NCBI GenBank assembly: GCA_964554645.1
Contig: CAZKPK010000001.1
Coordinates: 3,697 to 67,696, forward strand
Direction of reading: 5' to 3'
From: an uncultured Candidatus Saccharibacteria bacterium
Lineage (GTDB): Bacteria; Patescibacteriota; Minisyncoccia; Phycocordibacterales; UBA9973
DNA length: 64,000 bases
The translations under genes and the position numbers were made by a program. Position 1 is the first letter of the stretch, and every line of letters begins with the position of its first letter. Below the pieces are notes generated by a model that saw only the letters and a list, made by a program, of their open reading frames with translations, did not search any database and was not told the DNA's origin. This document shows, piece by piece, positions 1 through 9,665 of the stretch.

Positions 1-40
1 AATGCAGTGATGAGTGATGCGATGATTAATGTTTCCATAA

Positions 41-649
41 TTATTTTAGTGCTTCTATTTCTTTGATTAATTTTTCATTTGCCAAAGCCATATTCGGGTC
101 ATCCATTGTAAACCTGATTATTCCTTCTTTATCAATGACAAAATAAGTGTGGCCAGGCAAAGAGCCGCGATGCATAGATGAATTAAGATTGAGCGTATCA
201 TACGCTATAGACACGGAGCGCGCGGTGTCAAAAATAATTTTTGACTTTACTAAGTTGGTCGATTTACTTACGATATCAAGCCACTGACTTTTGGGGTCTG
301 TTACGATTGAGAAGGCTATTATACTTTCAGTGTCAAATCTAGAATCGTTGCCAAGTTCCGCTATCTGATTCCAGCAGGCCGGATAACACATTGACCCTTC
401 GTTAAAGAAAAGAACGACATTTTTACCGAGATAATCGCTTAATTTAACCGTTTCTCCGGTGATTGATTCAAGCTCAAAATCAGGCGCTTTTTGGCCCACT
501 GCTTCTTTGAAGTAAATTTTTTCTTTTATTTCCGGATTAACTGCGCTTTTTGTTTCGGAAGGTTCTTTGCTGCCGGTGAATAAAATTAATCCGCCGACAA
601 TAACTATCACCACTCCGCCGATAAGTATTTTATTGTTTAGTGTTTTCAT
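41..649 (-). CDS. membrane-anchored thiol-disulfide oxidoreductase, redoxin/TlpA-AhpC-like family
   Basis: N-terminal TM helix; thioredoxin-fold CxxC-type motif (SMCYPAC) and redoxin-like length. Confidence 0.65.
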   Translation of the reverse strand: MKTLNNKILIGGVVIVIVGGLILFTGSKEPSETKSAVNPEIKEKIYFKEAVGQKAPDFELESITGETVKLSDYLGKNVVLFFNEGSMCYPACWNQIAELGNDSRFDTESIIAFSIVTDPKSQWLDIVSKSTNLVKSKIIFDTARSVSIAYDTLNLNSSMHRGSLPGHTYFVIDKEGIIRFTMDDPNMALANEKLIKEIEALK

Positions 650-735
650 AATGATTGGTTTAAATTAAAATAGTAAAAAATCTCTTGAGGGGATTTTAAA
701 AGGCACAACCAAAAATTTTACGACAAAATTAAAAG

Positions 736-1140
736 CTATGCCTTGTATGAAAGAGACGGACTATTTATGAAAAGTGAAAGCCGTTTGATTATTTCTGTCG
801 GCAGAGTATATAATTTTTTGTTGTCCAGATAATATTTCCATTTATAAAAATACTGTTTTTGGTTCAAAAAGTTTTGTTTGCCGAAAAAATACAAGGCTAT
901 GCCTAAAAACAAGAATGAAAAGATAAAGAATGAAGAAAAAGTTGCATTAGAAAACTGCTGCCAGTTATTTATATGTTCAAGAGTGTTTTCGCACACAGAA
1001 AAGCCATTTTCCGAGTAGGGGCAATTTACCATCGGTGTTTCGGACATGTGGTTGAATTTAAACAAGCCAAAAACCCCAATGCTTATGTAAGCAAGTAAAA
1101 TAGAAAACCCTAAGAATAATTTTGCATTTCGTAAATTCAT
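736..1140 (-). CDS. hypothetical membrane protein
   Basis: ORF with two hydrophobic segments; no recognisable motif. Confidence 0.35.
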   Translation of the reverse strand: MNLRNAKLFLGFSILLAYISIGVFGLFKFNHMSETPMVNCPYSENGFSVCENTLEHINNWQQFSNATFSSFFIFSFLFLGIALYFFGKQNFLNQKQYFYKWKYYLDNKKLYTLPTEIIKRLSLFINSPSLSYKA

Positions 1141-1153
1141 GTTTTTAAAAATT

Positions 1154-1540
1154 TCATTTTATTTTAAACCATTCTTTAAGAGATTTAGGCCACCCGATTA
1201 TTAGAAGCAATGCTAAAGGAGCTCCCCAATTAGCCCACCTTTCAACGAAATCCCAAATCGGCATCCCGACAATAGGTCTCAAGAGCGCGGTCCAAAATCC
1301 CCAGAATACCATCCAGAGAAGCGCAAGGCGGATTGGTTTAATCAGAACAAGGATAGCCAATATAATATCTATGATCCCTAAAATAAATAACAATTGAGTT
1401 GCTGTTTCTGCATCAAAAACGCCAAATTGAGTAAACCAACCAATCCAGTCTTTCTTGCCTTGCAAAGCAAACACACCATGACCAATAAATTCACCAGCAA
1501 CCGAGACTCGCAAGACCCATTCAACAAGTTTCGTATTCAT
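1154..1540 (-). CDS. DoxX-family membrane protein
   Basis: about 128 aa with 4 TM segments; AGEFIGHG...G..K motif pattern typical of DoxX. Confidence 0.55.
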   Translation of the reverse strand: MNTKLVEWVLRVSVAGEFIGHGVFALQGKKDWIGWFTQFGVFDAETATQLLFILGIIDIILAILVLIKPIRLALLWMVFWGFWTALLRPIVGMPIWDFVERWANWGAPLALLLIIGWPKSLKEWFKIK

Positions 1541-1847
1541 GATTTTATTAAATCACTTACTTATTAATTTGTTTGTAAAGCCAGATGCCGAGCAGAATCA
1601 GGTCTATCACTACGATTGTCATAATGATGATACCCAACCCTCCGCCCATTATCCCGCTATACCCGTATCCATATCCCATCATATTGCCATTATATACTAT
1701 TATTTTAAATAAAGCGACCTTTTAAAGTTTCTTTTATTATCATTGTTTTTCTTAATCATACACAATTTTAAATATACGCCATGGCTGATATTGAGACAGT
1801 TTAGATTTTTGTTAATTTGATAAAAGTTTTTAATTAGCTGACAATGT

Positions 1848-4400
1848 TCAATTGTTTTTTAACCGTAATGAATTCAAAACCACGCTGATACTGCTAAAGG
1901 CCATGGCGACAGCGGCAAAAATCGGGTTGAGCAAAATTTTGAAAAATGGATATAGAATTCCGGCGGCGACAGGAATAAAGGCAATATTGTAAAAAAATGC
2001 CCAGAAAAGATTTTGTTTTATTATTCTCATTGTCCGTCTGGAAATTTTTATAACTTCCCAAATAAGCATCAGGTCGCCTCTCATTAAAGTGATATTAGCC
2101 GACTCCATCGCGATATCCGTGCCCTCTCCCATAGCGATGCCGATATTGGCTTGAGTAAGCGCTGGAGCGTCGTTGATACCATCGCCGATCATGGCCACAA
2201 TTTTTCCTTGATTTTGAAGCTCGCGAACTTTTTCTGACTTTTTATCGGGCAGAACTTCGCTCATTACATTGTTTATACCCACTTCCGCCGCAATCGCTCT
2301 GGCAGTGCGGTTGTTATCTCCGGTAATCATCCAGACGTCTATCTTGTTTTTTTGAAGAGCCTGAACCGCTTCTCTGGATTCCTTCTTTAACACATCGGCG
2401 ACAGCTAGTGCGCCCTTTATTTTTTTATCAACGGCAAGAATCATCACCGTTTTCCCTTCATTTTCAAGCTTGGCAATATCGATCTCATAGGGAGAAATGT
2501 CAAGATTAATATCTAAAATCAGGGTCCGGTTTCCCAAATACGCCTCAACTTTTTGAGATTCAATTTGCAAAATTCCCCGTAACCCTTTTCCAGAGATGGC
2601 CTTAAAATTTTCCAATTTATACAATCCAATTTTTTCTTTTATTACTTCATCCAAGATCGCTTGATCAAGAGGGTGGGAAGATTTTTGATCTAAACTTGCG
2701 GCATATTGCAATATGGCTTGCGCTAAAGGATGTTCCGATCGCTGTTCGAGCGAAGCGGCTAAATTAAGGATCTCCGTCCGATGGCCATTATTGAAAGCGA
2801 TAATATCAGTCAACTGTGGTTTCCCTTGAGTCAAAGTTCCAGTTTTATCCAAGATAATTGTATCTATCTTGCCTCCGATTTCGAGCGAAGTGGCGTCTTT
2901 AATCAAAATTCCTCTGGTAGCGGCGTTGCCAGAGGAAACCATAATAGCCATCGGAGTGGCAAGCCCGAGCGCGCAAGGGCAGGCAATTATCAGAACTGCC
3001 ACAAAATTAACAAGCGCAAAAGTGAAAGCGGGATTCGGTCCAAAGAAAAACCAAATAAGGAAAGTTAGAACAGCGACGATAAATACCGCCGGAACGAAAT
3101 AAGAAGAAACCAGATCGGCTAATCGCTGAATCGGCGCTTTAGAGCCTTGAGCCTCTTCCACCATTTTGATGATTTGCGAAAGCATCGTGTTTTTGCCAAT
3201 CTTGGTCGCGCGGAAGGTAAAGGCTCCGAATTTATTTATAGTGCTGCCGATGACCAAACCGCCAACTTTCTTGTGAACCGGCATGGATTCTCCGGTAATC
3301 ATTGATTCATCAATTTCTGATTCTCCTTCGGTTATTTTGCCGTCAACTGGAATTTTTTCTCCGGGTCGAACAACTATCAAATCCCCAACCTGCACTTCGG
3401 ATATCGGTATTTCAACTTCTTTGCCATCCCGCAGAATTTTTGCGGTTTTGGGCTGTAAGCCAATAAGTTTTTTAATAGCTTCGGAAGCCCTTCCTTTCAT
3501 CAAAATCTCAAAATATTTTCCCAAGAGAATTAAAACAATAATGATTGCCGAAGTGTCAAAATAGGTTGCCGGTGTTATTCCGCCCTTGGTGAAAAAAACG
3601 GGAAAGACTGTGACCGCTAGGCTGTAAAAATATGCCGCCAGCGTTCCGATGGCAATCAGGGTATTCATATCAGCCGTGCGGTATTTTATAAGAAGCTTCA
3701 GCCCGCTATAAAACTGAAAACCTACCCAAAACTGCACCGGCGTTGTCAGTAAAAGAAGCGTCCAATTGTTGTTCATAATTTTGGGCACAAAAGAAAACCA
3801 CTCCGGAAAACTGCCCAAAAATATAAAAAGCGAAAGAATGCCACCGATAATAAGTTTGCGTTTCATAATTTTTACCTGTCTTTCTCGCTCGATTTTTTCT
3901 TTATCCAAAATTTCTTCTGCCTCGCCTTCTTCTTTAATTGGCTTGTAGCCGGCGTCAGAAATAACCTTGAAAATTTGATCGATATTTACTAGAGAATAAT
4001 TAAAAATCACTTTGGCCCGCTGGTTTGAAAAATCTACATCAATATTTTTTATGCCCGATAATTTTTTGATAGCTCCCTGCACGACCATGGCGCAATGCGG
4101 AGAATCCATGCCTAAAACTTTTATTGAAATTGTTTTATTATCACCGCTAACAACGAGTTCGTCTTTTTTAGTAGAGCCAACATTAACATTTTTAGAAACT
4201 AAATGATATCCTGCTCCACTTACCGCCTTTTCAAGGCTTGATTCGGAAATAATATTTTCATCAAATTCAATTAAGGCTGATTCCGAAGCAAAATTGACCG
4301 AAGCTGAATGCACTCCGGCTGTCTTAGAAAGCACGCGCTCAATTGTCGCCACGCAACTCGCGCAATGCATTCCTTGAATTTTATATGTTTCCTTTTTCAT
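1848..4400 (-). CDS. copA: copper-translocating P-type ATPase with two N-terminal HMA domains
   Basis: two GMxCxxC heavy-metal-binding motifs (MHCASC, SPHCAMV); CPC membrane motif; DKTGTLT phosphorylation site; GDGINDAP. Confidence 0.92.
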   Translation of the reverse strand: MKKETYKIQGMHCASCVATIERVLSKTAGVHSASVNFASESALIEFDENIISESSLEKAVSGAGYHLVSKNVNVGSTKKDELVVSGDNKTISIKVLGMDSPHCAMVVQGAIKKLSGIKNIDVDFSNQRAKVIFNYSLVNIDQIFKVISDAGYKPIKEEGEAEEILDKEKIERERQVKIMKRKLIIGGILSLFIFLGSFPEWFSFVPKIMNNNWTLLLLTTPVQFWVGFQFYSGLKLLIKYRTADMNTLIAIGTLAAYFYSLAVTVFPVFFTKGGITPATYFDTSAIIIVLILLGKYFEILMKGRASEAIKKLIGLQPKTAKILRDGKEVEIPISEVQVGDLIVVRPGEKIPVDGKITEGESEIDESMITGESMPVHKKVGGLVIGSTINKFGAFTFRATKIGKNTMLSQIIKMVEEAQGSKAPIQRLADLVSSYFVPAVFIVAVLTFLIWFFFGPNPAFTFALVNFVAVLIIACPCALGLATPMAIMVSSGNAATRGILIKDATSLEIGGKIDTIILDKTGTLTQGKPQLTDIIAFNNGHRTEILNLAASLEQRSEHPLAQAILQYAASLDQKSSHPLDQAILDEVIKEKIGLYKLENFKAISGKGLRGILQIESQKVEAYLGNRTLILDINLDISPYEIDIAKLENEGKTVMILAVDKKIKGALAVADVLKKESREAVQALQKNKIDVWMITGDNNRTARAIAAEVGINNVMSEVLPDKKSEKVRELQNQGKIVAMIGDGINDAPALTQANIGIAMGEGTDIAMESANITLMRGDLMLIWEVIKISRRTMRIIKQNLFWAFFYNIAFIPVAAGILYPFFKILLNPIFAAVAMAFSSISVVLNSLRLKNN

Positions 4401-4446
4401 TTTATGAGTTTTTGTTTATTTGTATGCATAGTTACAGTTCAAGTAT

Positions 4447-4481
4447 ATACCCCCTAGGGGTATTGTCAACAATACCTGTTG
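4447..4481. promoter_or_regulatory. overlapping GC-rich inverted repeats (ATACCCC-CTA-GGGGTAT and GGTATTG-TCAA-CAATACC) just upstream of copA; putative metal-responsive repressor operator
   Basis: perfect 7-3-7 and 7-4-7 palindromes in an AT-rich intergenic region 47 bp upstream of the copA start codon (minus strand). Confidence 0.4.
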
Positions 4482-4635
4482 AAAACTAAGAATTAACTCG
4501 AGGTAATATGGTATAATAACTTGGTCGGTCATTATAAACTTTTTAATCAAATCTATCCATGATTAAAGGAGATCATTAAGAAATAGTTTACTTGTTCTAA
4601 AAAGAGGCAGCATCAGCTGTCTCTTTTGTGTTATC

Positions 4636-5853
4636 ATGCTACAAATGAATGAACCATCTGTGAAAAAAAGTTCTTGCTCTTATTGTGGGGATGCTTCCAT
4701 CAATCATACTCTTTCTTTTTTAGAGAGCGTGATTTCAATTACTCTTGATAATCAGGCAAAGAAATTTATAAAATACGTTCCCTTTTTCATAAAAAATTTT
4801 GCTGACTTGGTTCCTGAATTTTTATTTAGAACTCTTGCCTTTTTGAAACTCGCCGAATTCTCGGGAGATATAAATAAAGCGAATACTTTTCGTTCCAGAA
4901 TTATCTGGGAAGAAGCAAAAAGAAGGGGAATAATAATGGAACAGGTGATATTTCTCGATAGGCCCTTAGATTATTATCGCGCAATAATAAAAATTAAAAA
5001 TAAGAAAAAAAATATTTATTTTGAGAGTCTTCCTGTAAAGCCAGAATTTTTAGATCTGAGTAAAAATTGGGATGATAAAGTTATACTCAAGCAGGAATTC
5101 AAGAAGCAGAATATCCCAGTTCCAGCTTATTTTGAGCTCTCTCCTTTTTCACTTTTTGGTTTCAAAAATAAAAATATAGAAAAAATATTTTCCAAATTAC
5201 CTAAGCCCATAGTGGTCAAACCGCGAGTAGGATCTCGTGGCAGGCATACTATCACCAATATTAATACCATCCAACAATTAGAAGAAGGTATTAATGTCGC
5301 CGGGCAAATATGCTCCTATCTTGTTGCTGAAGAGCATTTACAAGGTAGTGTTTGCCGGGCAACTTTTGTGAATGGAGTGCTTGCGGGATTTTATAAAGGC
5401 CACGCTCCAACTCTCTTGGGTGATGGGAAAAGGACGATTCAAGAACTTATTAAGGAAAAAGATAGTAGACGTCATAATCGAGTCGAGCCCATACGTGTTT
5501 CAAAAGAGTTACACGATCATATTTTACGATCAGGATTTACCATTCTTGATATTTTGCCCATTGGAGTTTCTTTATCTCTAACGCATCGCATCGGCCGATT
5601 ATTTGGAGGGAGAACTATAGAAATGATTGATGATCTTCACCCGAGCTTTATCTCTATTTTAGAAGAGGCTGCAAAAATTGTAGGCTTATCTGTGGTAGGA
5701 TTTGATTGCATTATACCTGACACAACCAAAGATGCTCATTCACAGAAGTGGGGGATTATTGAATGTAATTCTTTACCCTTTATAGATTTGCATTATTATG
5801 CCTTAGAGGGCAAACCTAGAAATATTGCCGGCATGATCTGGGACTTGTGGTGA
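4636..5853 (+). CDS. ATP-grasp family ligase (cyanophycin-synthetase / RimK-like ATP-grasp domain)
   Basis: VVKPRVGSRGRH, GDGKRTIQELI and downstream HP motifs, typical of ATP-grasp peptide ligases. Confidence 0.5.
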   Translation: MLQMNEPSVKKSSCSYCGDASINHTLSFLESVISITLDNQAKKFIKYVPFFIKNFADLVPEFLFRTLAFLKLAEFSGDINKANTFRSRIIWEEAKRRGIIMEQVIFLDRPLDYYRAIIKIKNKKKNIYFESLPVKPEFLDLSKNWDDKVILKQEFKKQNIPVPAYFELSPFSLFGFKNKNIEKIFSKLPKPIVVKPRVGSRGRHTITNINTIQQLEEGINVAGQICSYLVAEEHLQGSVCRATFVNGVLAGFYKGHAPTLLGDGKRTIQELIKEKDSRRHNRVEPIRVSKELHDHILRSGFTILDILPIGVSLSLTHRIGRLFGGRTIEMIDDLHPSFISILEEAAKIVGLSVVGFDCIIPDTTKDAHSQKWGIIECNSLPFIDLHYYALEGKPRNIAGMIWDLW

Positions 5854-5901
5854 GTTTGTCGAACCATATGTGGCAATAAATTTTACTAGTGAAATTTTTT
5901 T

Positions 5902-6471
5902 TTAAAAATAATTTTCGCCCTTTTTTGCGCTTTTCATATATTTTCGGATGAATGCAAACAATAGGATAGCTAATATAATCACGCTTACTATGGCTGCATA
6001 ATAATTCAAATATTTCTCTATGACCAGATACATGTTTCCGAAAAATATTCCAATAACGAACCAAACTGCATACTGGACAAGAGAAACCAGCCCGCAGGTT
6101 TTGAAATATCGCCCAAAAGGAATATGCAACGCGCCGGCGGCAACGAGTCCCGTGAATCCAATGCCATACACGAGCTTGGATACGACGATCGCCTGGCTGT
6201 GATTTTCACTGAAATATGCTTTTGCCTTTTCTAATTTTTCTTCGGTGATTTTGAAATAAGGCAGGAATCTTTTTCCGCAGTATCCGATATAGTATTGCGC
6301 AAAATCTCCGACAATGTCTCCTAAAACTATTATCACATAAACTAATAAGGGATTTAAAATGCCAAGCATGATCAAGGGTCCGGAGATTATCATCAAAATC
6401 GGACCCTCGATCAGGGAAAAAGGTATCAAGATCAGGTATTTATATGTCAGTAAAAGTTCAATTAAAGACAT
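5902..6471 (-). CDS. DedA/SNARE-associated (VTT domain) membrane protein
   Basis: about 190 aa polytopic membrane protein with DedA-like conserved core (VVSKLVYGIGFTGLVAAGALHIPFGRY). Confidence 0.65.
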   Translation of the reverse strand: MSLIELLLTYKYLILIPFSLIEGPILMIISGPLIMLGILNPLLVYVIIVLGDIVGDFAQYYIGYCGKRFLPYFKITEEKLEKAKAYFSENHSQAIVVSKLVYGIGFTGLVAAGALHIPFGRYFKTCGLVSLVQYAVWFVIGIFFGNMYLVIEKYLNYYAAIVSVIILAILLFAFIRKYMKSAKKGENYF

Positions 6472-6490
6472 TAACCAATACTATCATATT

Positions 6491-7150
6491 CTAATGCGCC
6501 ACGGTGAAAGCGATGATTTTTTTCACGCCAGATTGCTTTAAAATTTTTCGCGCTTCGCTCAAGGTCGCGCCGGTGGTGGTAATGTCGTCTATCAGAATTA
6601 TATTTTTATTCTTCAACAGCTCTCCGTTTTTTATAGCGAAAGAGCCGATGATGTTTTTCAGGCGTTCTGCGCGGTTCTCAATGCGCGCTTGATGTTTTGT
6701 TTCCTGCGGTTTGATTAAAATATTGTTTTCTAATTGCATAGCTATCTTTTCGCGCAAACTATTTATTCTTATCAATTCTCGGCAGATTAATTCCGCTTGA
6801 TTATAGCTGCGCTCTCGCCGTCTTTTCTTAGACAAGGGAATGGGAATTAGGATTGGTTCGCGGAAATTTTCCATTACGCTTAATTCTGAAAGCTCCTCCA
6901 AGATTTTTTCGTAAATAACTTTTGCAAATATGCTTGCCAATCTTTTTTTTCTCTTATACTTGAAGAGCAAGAGCGCTTTTTTAATGGGCGGGTGGCGATA
7001 ATCATATATGGGGAAAATCCATTTTGCGCTTTCGCGCTCCGCCGCCGGTGATTCGGAAAGACATTTAATGCACAAATCCGAACCAGCCTGACCGCACGAG
7101 ATGCATTTTACAGGAAAAACAAGGTCCAAGATGGTGTTTAAAAATCGCAT
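6491..7150 (-). CDS. comFC: competence protein ComFC-like phosphoribosyltransferase
   Basis: N-terminal CxxC..CxxC zinc finger plus C-terminal PRTase motif (LIDDITTTGATL). Confidence 0.75.
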   Translation of the reverse strand: MRFLNTILDLVFPVKCISCGQAGSDLCIKCLSESPAAERESAKWIFPIYDYRHPPIKKALLLFKYKRKKRLASIFAKVIYEKILEELSELSVMENFREPILIPIPLSKKRRRERSYNQAELICRELIRINSLREKIAMQLENNILIKPQETKHQARIENRAERLKNIIGSFAIKNGELLKNKNIILIDDITTTGATLSEARKILKQSGVKKIIAFTVAH

Positions 7151-7243
7151 CCCATTAGAAATTTTAATAATAATGTTTTATTGTTTATCTTATTCATATT
7201 GGATTTCTAATCGGGACATATTTATGATACAATATTAGCATAA

Positions 7244-8383
7244 ATGGATAATCCGTTTAAAAAAATATTTTCCAGTATAAGAAATCTCACAAAAAGTGGA
7301 GAAGATAGCGCTGTTGGCATTGATATTGGTTCTTCCGCAATCAAGGTGGTTGAGATAAAAAGGAAAAGAGGCAAAGTGGTGCTTGAAACCTATGGAGCAA
7401 TAGCTCTTGGTTCCTATGACGCCCTTGATGTGGGGCGTGTCACCAATCTCTCGGTTGAAAAGATGGCGGAAGCTCTCAAGGAGGTCTTGAAGCAGTCCGG
7501 GATTACCACTACTTCAGGGGCTTTTTCTATTCCCATCCAATCAAGTTTAATTTTTGCCGTTGAACTTCCGGTTCAGGCTAAAGAAAGCGAGATAGCGACA
7601 ATTATTCCCACTGAAGCTCGCAAGTATATTCCGGTGCCAATTACGGAAGTTTCTCTTGATTATTTTATCTTGCCTCAAAAAGAACCTTCTTTTGAAGAGA
7701 TGAATGCAGTTGTTGATAATCCCGACATTCCGCAAAAGCCGACAGATAAAACAAGCGTGCTTGTGGTGGCGACGCAAAATGACGCAATTTCCAAATATCG
7801 TTCCATCGTTTCTCAATGCTCTCTCTCCGCCTCTTTTTTTGAAATTGAAATATTTTCTTCAATCAGGGCGAATTTTGAACACGAACTTTCTCCAGTGCTG
7901 TTGATGGATTTCGGCGCCTCCCGCACGAAACTCTCTTTGGTTGAGTTTGGAATGGTCAAAAGTTACCATACGATAGATAAAGGGGGAGCCGATATAACCG
8001 ACTCTATTTCCAAATCTTTAAGTATTCCTTTCAGTGAGGCGGAAAAAATGAAAAAAGAATTTGGTCTCTTTGAAAATCCGGTGGAAAAAAGTTTGTCGGA
8101 TATCATCAGAATCCATATTGATTATATTTTTTCTGAAGCCAATAATGTGCTGTTGGAGCATGAGAAAAGATACAATAAAACTATAAGCAAAGTGATATTT
8201 ACAGGCGGCGGATCTCTTTTGAAGGGGCTGAAAGAAGTGGCGGCAAATAATTTTCGAGCGGAAATAGAAATCGGCCATCCTTTCAGCAAGGTCAATGCTC
8301 CAGCCTTTTTGGAAAAAGTTTTGGAAACGATGGGTCCCGAATTCGCCGTCGCCTTGGGACTGGCGTTGCGAAAGTTGCAGTAA
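7244..8383 (+). CDS. pilM: type IV pilus assembly protein PilM (actin-like ATPase fold)
   Basis: GIDIGSSAIKVVE N-terminus, length and first position in the pil operon. Confidence 0.85.
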   Translation: MDNPFKKIFSSIRNLTKSGEDSAVGIDIGSSAIKVVEIKRKRGKVVLETYGAIALGSYDALDVGRVTNLSVEKMAEALKEVLKQSGITTTSGAFSIPIQSSLIFAVELPVQAKESEIATIIPTEARKYIPVPITEVSLDYFILPQKEPSFEEMNAVVDNPDIPQKPTDKTSVLVVATQNDAISKYRSIVSQCSLSASFFEIEIFSSIRANFEHELSPVLLMDFGASRTKLSLVEFGMVKSYHTIDKGGADITDSISKSLSIPFSEAEKMKKEFGLFENPVEKSLSDIIRIHIDYIFSEANNVLLEHEKRYNKTISKVIFTGGGSLLKGLKEVAANNFRAEIEIGHPFSKVNAPAFLEKVLETMGPEFAVALGLALRKLQ

Positions 8384-8390
8384 AAAATTA

Positions 8391-8437
8391 TCCACCCCGT
8401 CCTTTGATTACAAAGTCCACCCCTCAAGAGGGGAATC
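8391..8437. repeat. Family-A palindromic repeat unit (TCCACCCCGTC-ctttgattacaaag-TCCACCCCTCAAGAGGGGAAT)
   Basis: 47 nt identical to the copy at 16013-16061; contains the CCCCTC-AA-GAGGGG hairpin. Confidence 0.85.
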
Positions 8438-8444
8438 AGAAAAA

Positions 8445-8945
8445 ATGAAAGAAACTACCCCAAAAAAAGAAAAGTTTAAAGAAGTAATTGTTTCAGATGA
8501 AATTAGAAAATATCTTTCAGAAGCTACATGGCTGAAAGAGGGGGAAGATGTTAGACTCCCGGATTATATAAGACTCAAAACTGAAATAAGAGATATTTTA
8601 GTCCGAGTTGGAATTTGGTCGGATGAATTTTCTAAATGGCTAGATATGAATCTTGACGGTGTAAGTTTGCTGGGCAAACAAATTGAGGCAGTAGGCCAAT
8701 GGATGGAACGCAAAGATAATAAATATAGAAAAGAAAACTTAGAACATTACCGTGCTGGTGCAAAAACAAGCCTAGAATATTTGGAAGGCTGGTCTCCAGC
8801 ATTTGAAAAGTGGCTTCTTGATGGTTTGCCAGGAGATCTGCAAAAAGTTGGTGAAAACATGGATTATATAGGGAGAGTGTCTAGCACTATCGGAGCTATT
8901 AATATGGCAAAAAGATTGCTTAAGAAAAAAAAAGATCAAAAGTAA
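8445..8945 (+). CDS. hypothetical protein (166 aa) inside a repeat-bounded insertion between pilM and pilN
   Basis: ORF 8295..8945 trimmed to the first ATG after repeat A1. The upstream 50 codons are repeat-derived (..HPSRGE..). Confidence 0.5.
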   Translation: MKETTPKKEKFKEVIVSDEIRKYLSEATWLKEGEDVRLPDYIRLKTEIRDILVRVGIWSDEFSKWLDMNLDGVSLLGKQIEAVGQWMERKDNKYRKENLEHYRAGAKTSLEYLEGWSPAFEKWLLDGLPGDLQKVGENMDYIGRVSSTIGAINMAKRLLKKKKDQK

Positions 8946-9009
8946 ACTATATTTCAACATGAGGAAGCGATATAAACAGAAAAGTAATAATCTAGATTAA
9001 AATAACTAT

Positions 9010-9522
9010 ATGCGCAATAGGCAACCATCCACCCCGTCTCGACTAAAGTCGAGTCACCCCTCAAGAGGGGAACGTCCACCCCGACGCAAGCGTCACCCCT
9101 CAAGAGGGGAATGGAATCCAAAATCTCTATATCCATATTGGGAAATTCCTAAAAACAAAATTTTGACTGATAGGGCAAAAGATTTAAGAAAGGCGGGTAA
9201 TTTATCTGAAGTTATTTTTTGGCAAACTTTTAAAGATAAAAATAAATTAGGTTTTGATATTGATAGACAAGTTATAATCGGCAATTATATTGTAGATTTT
9301 TTTATTCCCGAACTAGGTTTAGTTTTTGAGATAGACGGTTCAAGTCATGACGATAAGCTTGAATATGATGCTGAACGAGATGCTTTTATGAGAGATTTAA
9401 ATTTAAAAGTGGTTAGAATTCTTGATATTGATGTGAAGAAGAATCTAGGAAGTGTCTATCAATTTGTATTAGAAACAATACATAAAAGAAAAAAGGATGC
9501 ATTTGAATTATTCCCCTCTTGA
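9010..9522 (+). CDS. DUF559 / Vsr-like (very-short-patch-repair endonuclease fold) domain protein
   Basis: C-terminal 110 aa match the DUF559 architecture (IVDFFIPELGLVFEIDGSSHDD...YDAERDAFMRDLNLKVVRI). N-terminal 35 aa are a translation of repeat A2 (HPSRGE x2). The stop codon TGA lies inside repeat A3. The true start may be an internal TTG near 9160. Confidence 0.7.
   Translation: MRNRQPSTPSRLKSSHPSRGERPPRRKRHPSRGEWNPKSLYPYWEIPKNKILTDRAKDLRKAGNLSEVIFWQTFKDKNKLGFDIDRQVIIGNYIVDFFIPELGLVFEIDGSSHDDKLEYDAERDAFMRDLNLKVVRILDIDVKKNLGSVYQFVLETIHKRKKDAFELFPS
9027..9117. repeat. Family-A palindromic repeat, two tandem units
   Basis: ATCCACCCCGTC-TCGACTAAAGTCGAG-TCACCCCTCAAGAGGGGAA followed by GTCCACCCCGAC-GCAAGC-GTCACCCCTCAAGAGGGGAAT. 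Confidence 0.85.
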
Positions 9523-9598
9523 GGGGTACTCCGACTTCAGTCGGAGTGGGGTGGATGTATGAGGGGTGACCCGATGACCATCGGGTCGGGGTGGATAG
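9511..9598. repeat. Family-A palindromic repeat, inverted orientation (TTCCCCTCTTGAGGGGT-ACTCCGACTTCAGTCGGAGT-GGGGTGGAT plus a degenerate second unit)
   Basis: reverse complement of the A consensus; supplies the stop codon of the DUF559 gene. Confidence 0.85.
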
Positions 9599-9665
9599 CT
9601 GTAGAACCAGAGTTATGCACATTATATTTCACTTAAGTTTGTTTTTGTAATATAATTAAGATACG

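Noticed and set aside
2781-4206. Several 60-95 aa ORFs on the + strand inside copA (2781..3068, 2869..3102, 3283..3564, 3766..3948, 4012..4206)
   Set aside because: They are antisense to a highly conserved P-type ATPase coding sequence and have no motifs. They are typical shadow ORFs.
5816-6209. ORFs 5816..6064 (-), 6018..6209 (-), 6020..6202 (+)
   Set aside because: They overlap the DedA gene (5902..6471) in other frames or strands and have no supporting features.
8295-8444. 5' extension of ORF 8295..8945 overlapping the pilM 3' end
   Set aside because: The first 50 codons are a read-through of the pilM tail and Family-A repeat (..STPSFDYKVHPSRGESEK). The gene more plausibly starts at ATG 8445 after the repeat.
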